From a virus (Duplodnaviria > Caudoviricetes): 52,182 nt of DNA. The translations under genes were made by a program, and so were the position numbers. The stretch covers positions 1 through 52,182 of the IMG/VR virus record IMGVR_UViG_3300024262_004288; one strand, 5' to 3'. This document shows, piece after piece, positions 19,181-26,916 of the stretch. The notes beneath the pieces were generated by a model that ran no database searches, was not told the origin of the DNA, and saw nothing but the letters and a program-made list of their open reading frames with translations. Every line of letters begins with the position of its first letter. Within the stretch, counting starts at the first letter, position 1.

Positions 19181-21551
19181 GAAAATATCATTTCGAAATG
19201 CTCTATCCTGGTTACAGGGAGATATTCAATTAGCTGATCAGGGTCTAGTTCTAATTTGTGGGGAGAACCGCGACGCTAGTCGTAATCAAGGTAGCTCTAA
19301 CGGCGCAGGTAAAAGCTCTATCTTTGAATTATTGACACATGTATTCTATCATCAGACTAGTAAGGGGATTAAACTCGAAGCTGTTGTCAACGCAATGGTC
19401 AACGAAGATTGCGAAATTGCCGTTGATTTTAGTGTAGGTTCTAAGAAATGTAGGATTGAGCAATTTCAGGCTTCTAGAAAGCATGGTAACAAAACATTCA
19501 TTAAAGAGGACAACAAATCTGTTACTCCCCATACTCGCACCGATGCCAAGAAGTATATTCCCGATTTATTGGGATTATCCTTAGAAGAATTTCTTGGTGT
19601 TATTTACTTAAGTCAGGGATCCATTCATACCTTGATCGAGGGAACGGGTGGACTTCGGATGGATTATATCGGTCGTCTATTTCAGCTATATAGATATGAT
19701 CGCTTAGTTGAAGAGCTAAAAAACATCAGAGATACAATGAGTCCTCGCATTAATGTGTTAGAGGTAGCTGCTATCAAAGCAAGGCATATTAATGATAGAC
19801 TTGCCAATATTCCTAAGACAACACATTTAGCGGAACAAATAGATTTGATTGAAAAGGGAATTCAGCAAGCAGCAAGCCAGAAGCATGACTGGTCACGACA
19901 TGTCATTGATTTACGCATGCTTATTGAACAATTAAAAGAAAGAGAGTGTATTGAAAGTCAGGGTGCCTCTGCAGATGCCGCAGAGCAGTTGATTCGCAAA
20001 GAACAGCGCAAGGCAACGCTAGATAGTTCTATTGCTGCCATGGAACAAATGCGAACGCAGACAGTTGAAAGAAAATCTCTGGTTGCTAAGCTGGGTGATT
20101 TGAATGATATTGATCTAACGGAAATAACAAGTGAGTTAGCTGCTAGTCGTGCAATCAAAGAAGAATTGCCTCGTAAGATAACCAAAGCCAATGAAAGAGC
20201 CCGACTGGAACAGGCTGTTAGATCTGCGATAGTTGAAGCTTCTTTCGACGCTTGTGACTCTACTACATTGACTAATCTAGAGCAGACTGTAGAGAAACTA
20301 ACTAAGGAATTGGCAGGATCTCGCACCGATCTTAAACGCGATAAAGAGACTTTGCAGAATCTATCGGCAATCGATTCAACGACTTGTCCCACGTGCTTGC
20401 AAAGTGTATCTCCAGAATATCTGGGCCCCCAGCGAACCCATTATCAAGATCATGTTTCTCAGCTAGAAAAAGATGTCGCTATAGCTAAGTCTAATCTTGA
20501 TCAATTAAAGCAGGATTTGGGGATAGCCCGTCAAGTTAACAGTTGGCAAAATCAAATGCTGGGTCTACCAGCAGAAAGTCCTTTGGAACTACAGCAACAG
20601 TTTTCTTCTCTTGAAAGAAGAATAAAAGAACTGTCCGAGCAGTCTAGTGTGGCTAAGGATATTCATCTAATTAAAAGTCGCTTAGAGGTTCTACCTAATG
20701 AAGAGGTTTCTACAATTGATGAAGATCTAACTCTACTCAGAAAAAAGATTACAATTCTACAAGATGCTATCCATCGTTTAAATGCGGAGAAGTCTAGACA
20801 CGATCTCCTACAAAGATTACCCGCCGGTTCCATTAGTAGTTGCAATGATGATCTGCAGCGAGTAGAATCTTTACTTAGAGAGATCGAAAGTCTTTTGCAT
20901 GAAGCTGCTCAGATATCTGCTGCACAGAAGAGTTCATTGGAAGAGCGAACAAGGCTAGAGGACGAGCTTACTCCACTGGAAACGGATCTATCGGAATTAA
21001 AATCATTGCAACATAAGCACTACCTTTGCCAGGAGTTAATTCGAGCAATAGGAGTACTTAAACAAAAGCGCACCCGTGGAATCTTATCGGCTATTCAGAG
21101 TATCTTGCCCGCATATACGCAAATGATGTTTTCTGAACCAGGACTATCTTTTATGCTGGCAGATGATCTTGAAGAAAATTCCATTGATATTCTTGTTAAG
21201 AGATATACAAAGGTTAAAGGCAAACTAATTCCTCACACATTTCCTATTAAGAGACTAAGTGGGGGAGAGAAAAAACGCTTGGGTGTAGCTTTACTGTTTA
21301 CCTTGCAGCGAGTTCTTAGTCCAGGTAAGCAATCTAACATCTTAGTATTGGATGAAGCTGATACTGGATTAGATACCTTGGGTCGAGAAGCATTTATTCA
21401 GGCGGTACGAAGTTTGACAGGATATAGCAGTGTGTTCGTTATCACTCAAACACCAGAGATGGCTGAGGATCATTACTTCGATCAAACATGGACAATCATC
21501 AAGGAAAATGGAACTAGTAGATTGAAAATCAATAGGCCGGCTATCCTGTAA
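19164..21551 (+). CDS. sbcC: SbcC/Rad50 SMC-family ATPase
   Basis: NGAGKSS Walker A, Q-loop LSQG, coiled coils, CPTC zinc hook, LSGGE signature, VLDEAD. Confidence 0.92.
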   Translation: MMITFEKISFRNALSWLQGDIQLADQGLVLICGENRDASRNQGSSNGAGKSSIFELLTHVFYHQTSKGIKLEAVVNAMVNEDCEIAVDFSVGSKKCRIEQFQASRKHGNKTFIKEDNKSVTPHTRTDAKKYIPDLLGLSLEEFLGVIYLSQGSIHTLIEGTGGLRMDYIGRLFQLYRYDRLVEELKNIRDTMSPRINVLEVAAIKARHINDRLANIPKTTHLAEQIDLIEKGIQQAASQKHDWSRHVIDLRMLIEQLKERECIESQGASADAAEQLIRKEQRKATLDSSIAAMEQMRTQTVERKSLVAKLGDLNDIDLTEITSELAASRAIKEELPRKITKANERARLEQAVRSAIVEASFDACDSTTLTNLEQTVEKLTKELAGSRTDLKRDKETLQNLSAIDSTTCPTCLQSVSPEYLGPQRTHYQDHVSQLEKDVAIAKSNLDQLKQDLGIARQVNSWQNQMLGLPAESPLELQQQFSSLERRIKELSEQSSVAKDIHLIKSRLEVLPNEEVSTIDEDLTLLRKKITILQDAIHRLNAEKSRHDLLQRLPAGSISSCNDDLQRVESLLREIESLLHEAAQISAAQKSSLEERTRLEDELTPLETDLSELKSLQHKHYLCQELIRAIGVLKQKRTRGILSAIQSILPAYTQMMFSEPGLSFMLADDLEENSIDILVKRYTKVKGKLIPHTFPIKRLSGGEKKRLGVALLFTLQRVLSPGKQSNILVLDEADTGLDTLGREAFIQAVRSLTGYSSVFVITQTPEMAEDHYFDQTWTIIKENGTSRLKINRPAIL

Positions 21552-21571
21552 AATATGTTTGGAGGACTTAA

Positions 21572-22351
21572 ATGTTAGGGTTCGCTTATACTAGCCCAGA
21601 GGTTGTACATATCACCTTGGACCGTTCACGCTTTAAGCTATTTGTAGCTACGAAGGATGATCTATCTATCGTAGAAACTGATGGGCGTAAAGCCGTGCTA
21701 TTGGTACCTTCAATTAAGGCGCTACGCAATCTCGATCTTAAACCGTTTGGCGCGGTTGTCATTTTCGATACACCACAACTACTTTCCCGTCTTCCAGAAG
21801 TTACCATTGTTGATGCTAAACAGCATGATGGTAGCGTCTGGAATAAGCAGACGTTGGATATCTCTATTATCAACGATGCTGTTGATGGTAAGCTTAGCGG
21901 AGCACCGGCGGAGGTGGACTTGACTGTTGTGGATACAGTCTTGGCTGATTACAAGCCCCCACCAAAGAAGCGTGGTCGTTCCCGTAGCGGTTTCAGTGAG
22001 GCACTATCCAGTGTCTTAGAAAGTATGAAAGATAGCTCAGACAAAGCCGAACTAGAATTAGCCTCATGTCGTTATGTCACAGGCTTGGCGCAGGTTAAAG
22101 ACTATAATGCTGCTAAGAAGGCTGCTCTGGCTGCTGGTGCGGAAAAAGATTCTCTTGACAAGCTGCTGCGTACAATGAATGGTAAAACAGGCCAGTGCCT
22201 CTTCTCAGCATATTACCATCATTGCATGTCGGGAAAGTCTATTGCCGATGCCGCAACGGAATATAAAGTCGAAGTCGATGACCTGAACTATCTGGCCGAG
22301 ATAATCCCACCTTCAGATAAGCTCTCCTTCTTGGCCACTCCCCCCAAATAG
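21572..22351 (+). CDS. hypothetical protein
   Basis: 259-aa ORF, GGAGG SD. Confidence 0.75.
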   Translation: MLGFAYTSPEVVHITLDRSRFKLFVATKDDLSIVETDGRKAVLLVPSIKALRNLDLKPFGAVVIFDTPQLLSRLPEVTIVDAKQHDGSVWNKQTLDISIINDAVDGKLSGAPAEVDLTVVDTVLADYKPPPKKRGRSRSGFSEALSSVLESMKDSSDKAELELASCRYVTGLAQVKDYNAAKKAALAAGAEKDSLDKLLRTMNGKTGQCLFSAYYHHCMSGKSIADAATEYKVEVDDLNYLAEIIPPSDKLSFLATPPK

Positions 22352-22367
22352 ATTTCTTAACCCTTTC

Positions 22368-22428
22368 CAAGTATAATAGATATAGAAGGGTCGGGTGAAG
22401 TTTGTTTTAAACTTCACCTGATCCTTCT
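22368..22428 (+). promoter_or_regulatory. TATAAT box followed by 20-bp hairpin (unit 1)
   Basis: CAAGTATAATA at 22368; stem 22384-22403/22409-22428 with two G-U pairs. Confidence 0.65.
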
Positions 22429-22475
22429 TGTTGTACAGCTGAAACCGCGCAAACCACTCACGGGGAGATACGCAG

Positions 22476-22844
22476 ATGCGCCGTAGCGAACGGAACTTGG
22501 ATGGAGTTATTGTCTTGGTTCGGGGTCCTGGTAGGGAGTATGTACTACGAAATGAACGTCCTTGTCTGGTAGGATTGCCCAGCATCTTCGACTTAATATT
22601 ACAGCCACGCAGTGATATCGCACGAATATATTTCTTGCGTGTTGTGGCGGCTGGACAGAAATTGACAGCAGCACAGGCCAAGAAGATCGTCGGTTTGTTC
22701 AGAGGAACCGAGGCGAAGATCTTCGCCTGCACTATCCTGTACGAAACCGTACAAGATGAAGAAAATTGGGCGACAACTTTGAGCATCTTACCCACAGTAC
22801 ATGATGCTGATCGCGTTGCCAATTTATTGGGAATGGGGACGTAA
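22476..22844 (+). CDS. hypothetical protein
   Basis: 122-aa ORF with GGGGAG SD downstream of hairpin unit 1. Confidence 0.55.
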   Translation: MRRSERNLDGVIVLVRGPGREYVLRNERPCLVGLPSIFDLILQPRSDIARIYFLRVVAAGQKLTAAQAKKIVGLFRGTEAKIFACTILYETVQDEENWATTLSILPTVHDADRVANLLGMGT

Positions 22845-22882
22845 ATAATGATAGGTAATTAATCCTTTTATTACATATTTAT

Positions 22883-22957
22883 CAAGTATAATATTAATAG
22901 GAATAGGTTAGGTGAAGTATGTTTGATTTAATCTACTTCACCTAACCTATTCCTATT
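22883..22957 (+). promoter_or_regulatory. TATAAT box followed by perfect 24-bp hairpin (unit 2)
   Basis: CAAGTATAATA at 22883; perfect inverted repeat 22896-22919/22934-22957. Confidence 0.65.
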
Positions 22958-23043
22958 TTCTTTGAGGCCAAGAACAACAAATTTACTTCCGGCGATGGCC
23001 TCCGTAGTGCGCCGGTGGTATAACTTGGGGATGGAGTATCATC

Positions 23044-23463
23044 ATGGACGGAATCAAAATCGGAATCGCTGCGACCGCAACAGTCGTCGCGGTCGTTGGC
23101 ACCCTTCTTGGCGTCAAGGCAGTGAAGGGCAGGGACAAGGAGGCCAAGGCCATCCACGGCGAGCGCGCCGATGCCCGCCACTCCGCCAAGGCCACCTGCA
23201 AGGACGCGACGCACGGTGCCAAGTCCACCTGCAAGGAGGCCATCAGGTCCGCGAAGGATGAGCGGGATGCCAAGATCCGCGACGCGGTCACCCAGAGGAA
23301 CGAGGCCATCAAGGCCGCCAAGTCCGCGAAGTCCGAAGCGTTCATCGCAGCGGATGACGCGCACCAGTCAGCCCTGATGGCCTTGAAGGCGTCGCGGAAC
23401 GAGAATGAGAAGAAGGACGAGGAGCCCAAGGCCGCCAAGGGCAAGAAGTCCAAGGCCGCATAG
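23044..23463 (+). CDS. membrane-anchored Ala/Lys-rich helical protein
   Basis: N-terminal hydrophobic helix IGIAATATVVAVVGTLLGV, 11-residue-like repeats, very GC-rich third codon positions, GGAG SD. Confidence 0.75.
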   Translation: MDGIKIGIAATATVVAVVGTLLGVKAVKGRDKEAKAIHGERADARHSAKATCKDATHGAKSTCKEAIRSAKDERDAKIRDAVTQRNEAIKAAKSAKSEAFIAADDAHQSALMALKASRNENEKKDEEPKAAKGKKSKAA

Positions 23464-23474
23464 TTCACCTGAAC

Positions 23475-23512
23475 GTGGATGGGCTCTCGAGATTACTTGG
23501 GAGCCCATCCAC
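23475..23512 (+). terminator. 17-bp hairpin after the 23044 gene (terminator or processing site)
   Basis: GTGGATGGGCTCTCGAG-ATTA-CTTGGGAGCCCATCCAC; no U-tract. Confidence 0.55.
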
Positions 23513-23580
23513 ACAGGAGTTATTAAATTAACTAATACTAATACTAAACTACAATTCAAATAGTATTTAATATATCTTTG

Positions 23581-24142
23581 GGATGTGTGCCCAGCGGGCT
23601 GCGAAAGCGGCCTGCCCGGCAGGGTGTTAGCTCACTTTTCTGTTGCCAAATAGGCAATGGATTAATCCTCCTTCATGAGGTGTCTTTGGACAGTAGCTCT
23701 TTGAGATACGATCTAAATACTTAGATCCTTCCAACGAGGGACTGAGGAGGGGTAGCTTGCTACCTAAGCTCCAAAGAACTTTTCGCACAACGAGAAAAAC
23801 CGTGTAGTCGAGAGTCTTTCTTGAAGACGGAGAAACCTCCGGGGAAAGACAAGGACATCTTGACTATGTAACCAACGGGAAACAGTGGAGAGCGATACCG
23901 CCAGTATCGCCAGTAGCGGATTTCTTCTCCGCGATGGATTACCCCCACTGGAAGGATGATGGCCAATGACCTGCGCCTCAGGTATCGGAAAGGTGGCGTC
24001 ATTGTGATCCCCTACTCCGAAGAGTCCTCAACTTCAGAGTTAGCCGACGATCCTTTCTCATCAGTTGTGCGTCAAACCGTGGATAAGTGGGTGCGAAGTT
24101 CCTAGGCCCACACCTACCATTAGTAGGTCAAAGCGGAGGCGC
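23581..24142 (+). ncRNA. putative large (~560 nt) structured non-coding RNA, family unknown
   Basis: No plus-strand ORF in the track; more than a dozen nested stems, G-U pairs on + strand, GAAA tetraloop, sharp AT-rich borders. Confidence 0.7.
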
Positions 24143-24193
24143 TATTAAATTCTTGAATTGAATTATCGAAATTGAATTAAACTGAACAAACAA

Positions 24194-24296
24194 GTGGGTA
24201 CAAAACATCGTGGTACTACCTGAGGGTTACCCGCCACATCAGGGGATGCGGTGAAGCCACGATCGGCAAAACCTGGGTGCCGATCATAAAACCCGG
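24194..24296 (+). ncRNA. tandem-pseudoknot 5' leader
   Basis: GTGGGTA/TACCCGC crosses ATCGTGGT/GCCACGAT; GATCGGCA/TGCCGATC hairpin whose loop CTGGGT pairs with ACCCGG. Confidence 0.5.
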
Positions 24297-24317
24297 TGAA
24301 AGCAGAAAAAAGTAGAA

Positions 24318-25403
24318 ATGACTCAGTTGAAAGATGCGTTCGATAAAGCGGCGGACAAAGACGGTAATAAGGCCATCAAGGCCGCCGTCACTCGTGCGGG
24401 TGTGAATCCGACTAATTACGACGAGAATGCTCGGCTCGTATTCAGCACTCGTAGTGAGTGGCTACGCTTTGCGAATCGTGAGCGCGAGCTTTCCGAACAG
24501 CAGAGATCATTACAGCAGGCTATTCAGCCCAACGCACTGCGTGCTCTCGCAGAGGCGTTGGAAGTGGAGGAGATCACCGAGCTCACAGATGAGCTCGGAA
24601 ATAAGATGGCTTCTATGGACAAGTCCAAGCTCAAAGCCGCAGAGCAGAATTGGAAGGCCGCAGAGCAGCACTTCGCCGCACGCGATGCGTTGGTCCAGAT
24701 TTCAATGGAACTAAGCGCTCTCCGCAAGGAGATGAACCAGCATAAGCGGGAGCAGTTCGTCCCGCTACGCCGGAATCTGTCGAATATCCTGCGGGATCTT
24801 CCCCGTACGGAGTCATGCGGCAAGTACGCGCATGGGGCAAACGATCCCACCATTTGCGACACTTGTCGCGAGGCACTGAAGATGCGGTCCGGACCGGGTA
24901 AGATCACGAAGCAGGCTAAGAAGGCTTCGGATCAGAAGATGTTGGAATGTACCAACATGTATCCCGATTTGACCATGGCCGCCAGGCAGTCTGGATTTAT
25001 TAATACTGGCTCCATGCCCTGGGGTCAGGTCCGCAAGTACTACTTGGAAGAGGTTGGTACCTCGCCACAGCAGGGAGCACTCGAGATAGGCGAGCAGTCG
25101 GCCGTCGATCCCATCGTCTCGTGTGCGTTGCAGATCAAGTCCCTGCAACGACAGCTCGGGGCCTGCGAGACCGTCGAAGTTCCCGGCAACCTTCCGCAGC
25201 AGCTCGGCAAGGCCCGCAAGGCCGTGGAGACGAAGCGCGAGGAACTCGATGTCGCGGAGGCCAAACTCGCGGAACTCGAAGAGTTGCAGACCCGCTCCGA
25301 GCGGCCGGCTCAACTCAAGGATGAGCTCGTGGAGCAGCAGCAGGAGATGATGCGGCTCATGAACGATTCCGAGACCCCCAACGACAACAACGGGGCCGAC
25401 TAG
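24318..25403 (+). CDS. coiled-coil protein with putative zinc finger
   Basis: 361 aa, heptad-rich ends, CGKYAH...CDTC; GC-rich codons; no SD. Confidence 0.8.
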   Translation: MTQLKDAFDKAADKDGNKAIKAAVTRAGVNPTNYDENARLVFSTRSEWLRFANRERELSEQQRSLQQAIQPNALRALAEALEVEEITELTDELGNKMASMDKSKLKAAEQNWKAAEQHFAARDALVQISMELSALRKEMNQHKREQFVPLRRNLSNILRDLPRTESCGKYAHGANDPTICDTCREALKMRSGPGKITKQAKKASDQKMLECTNMYPDLTMAARQSGFINTGSMPWGQVRKYYLEEVGTSPQQGALEIGEQSAVDPIVSCALQIKSLQRQLGACETVEVPGNLPQQLGKARKAVETKREELDVAEAKLAELEELQTRSERPAQLKDELVEQQQEMMRLMNDSETPNDNNGAD

Positions 25404-25409
25404 ACAACT

Positions 25410-25696
25410 ATCCTCTGGCTATCCTGACGTCGTATATTCTACGATGATTGGTTAACCAGAGGTTAACCTGAGGGTGTACCTAATGGCGCGAAAAGAGTTG
25501 CTGATACAGCACAAGAGTTGCCACCCTCTAACTACAACTATGCCATTATTCGAAAGTGTCAAGGAACAGACTCGCCTCTAGCCCCTGACATATTTCCCAC
25601 GTTCCCCGGCGCTACCAGCGCCGGGGAGCCTAGGGAGGGTGGGTTTCCATCCAGGACGTTTAGTCCCTAACGCCAACCGACTTTTTCTCTGGCGAG
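25410..25696 (+). ncRNA. structured intergenic RNA (pseudoknotted; possible leader of the ligase operon)
   Basis: CCTCTGG/CCAGAGG, GAGGGTG/CACCCTC crossing TAATGGC/GCCATTA, 13-bp hairpin 25601-25629, CTCGCC/GGCGAG at the SD. Confidence 0.55.
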
Positions 25697-25702
25697 GAGC
25701 CT

Positions 25703-25963
25703 TTGAACGACACATCTGAAAAGGAGATTACTATAACTCTACGAGGAAATAAAATAGCAATCGACAAGATTCTAATACTAGTTGGACTTATGGAAGTTGC
25801 TGGTAATCGTACGATTGATATTGCATTATGTTCTCTAAATACTGATAAGCTAGTTAGTGATTTACCACCAGCCTTATCTGATATAGAAATGGAACTTATT
25901 CTTAATAATCAGAGAGTTATTCTTTACGATAAAAGAGGGCAGGTCCTTCTGCTGCCAGGATGA
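25703..25963 (+). CDS. hypothetical protein
   Basis: GAGGAG SD + TTG start; ATGA overlap with the ligase. Confidence 0.6.
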   Translation: MNDTSEKEITITLRGNKIAIDKILILVGLMEVAGNRTIDIALCSLNTDKLVSDLPPALSDIEMELILNNQRVILYDKRGQVLLLPG

Positions 25964-26916
25964 CTTTCCAATTTAGGGGCTGTCAGTTAGCCCGAAAGTA
26001 TACTCCATCAGATGCTATTCCCTTTCCGGTATTTGTTGAACCAAAGATTGATGGGGGCCGGTTAATCATAGCCATTGATAAGCATAAGCCAGAAGGATTT
26101 AGTCGAAGTGGTAATCCCAAACCGGGACTACTTCCTATTCTCGAACCTTTAACTGCAATTAATGGTTGGGTATTTGATTCCGAAGGATGGCGCAATAGTT
26201 GGGGCGAAACAATGAGTGTTTTCCAACGAGCCAATCCCAATCCTCAGCATCTAAAAGAGTTCCAGGTTTTCGTTTTTGATTTGATTCCAATTGCTACTTA
26301 TCCTCGGGGCGCTTGGGGAACAGATCAACGGCAACGAAAGAGTCTTCTCAAGAATGCCTTATCGCGTTTAGGTACGATGCAATTGGTCATCGATCTGGAT
26401 GCTGGAGAAGTTAATACAATTCCTTTAGGTTCTAGGGTAAGGGCGCCTAACATAGTTTACGTCAATCATGTTGAGGTAAATAACCATCGTGATATTCGAG
26501 ATGCTTACTTACTTTTCAGAGAAAAGGGTTTTGAGGGTGCGATGATTAAAGCACCACAAGCTGGTTACATGTTAGATCGTGTAGGAGCTTGGAGAAAGGT
26601 CAAACCTTTCAAAATGATCTCAGGTATAATAACTCGCTGTGTCGAGGGTGACGGCAAGAATGTTGGTCGCTTAGGATCTTTTAGGGCTCGTCTTCCCGAA
26701 GGTGGAGAATGTGGAGTGGGAACTTTCTTGATGGGTTGCTTAAAGAATGCTGAGGGCACTCCCTTAAATGATGCGGACGTTCGACAATACTTTTGGGATC
26801 GTCGAGCTATGCTAATAGGAAAAAGAATCAACTTCAAAGTTCAAGACGATAATACCCCTGTTAGTGAAGCAAGGCACCCTATCTTTGTGTCTATCGAGGA
26901 GGATAATGGCCAATAA
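25960..26916 (+). CDS. ATP-dependent DNA ligase, minimal form
   Basis: EPKIDG, FSRSG, FDSE, VFDL, EGAMIK, WRKVK, OB domain GRLGS..GVGT..RHPIF. Confidence 0.85.
   Translation: MTFQFRGCQLARKYTPSDAIPFPVFVEPKIDGGRLIIAIDKHKPEGFSRSGNPKPGLLPILEPLTAINGWVFDSEGWRNSWGETMSVFQRANPNPQHLKEFQVFVFDLIPIATYPRGAWGTDQRQRKSLLKNALSRLGTMQLVIDLDAGEVNTIPLGSRVRAPNIVYVNHVEVNNHRDIRDAYLLFREKGFEGAMIKAPQAGYMLDRVGAWRKVKPFKMISGIITRCVEGDGKNVGRLGSFRARLPEGGECGVGTFLMGCLKNAEGTPLNDADVRQYFWDRRAMLIGKRINFKVQDDNTPVSEARHPIFVSIEEDNGQ

Noticed and set aside
23742-23780. Hammerhead ribozyme (CTGAGGA followed by a hairpin)
   Set aside because: The required GAAA after stem II is absent
23760-24002. 80-aa minus-strand ORF within the large RNA
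   Set aside because: Against the local transcription direction, no recognisable motifs; the region is better explained by + strand structure
23584-24142. Group II intron (GTGTGCCCAG...AGGGTGTTAG resembles a GUGYG 5' end)
   Set aside because: No domain V (AGC/CGC triad hairpin) or domain VI on either strand, no RT ORF, and no interrupted gene
23581-24300. RNase P RNA, tmRNA or group I intron
   Set aside because: No GAGGAAAGUCC/ACAGAA..CGGCUUA, no tRNA-like ends or tag ORF, no P7 R/S elements
22942-25350. Many overlapping or antisense ORFs on GC-rich genes (also e.g. 37557-38312)
   Set aside because: Shadow ORFs expected from high GC3 codon usage
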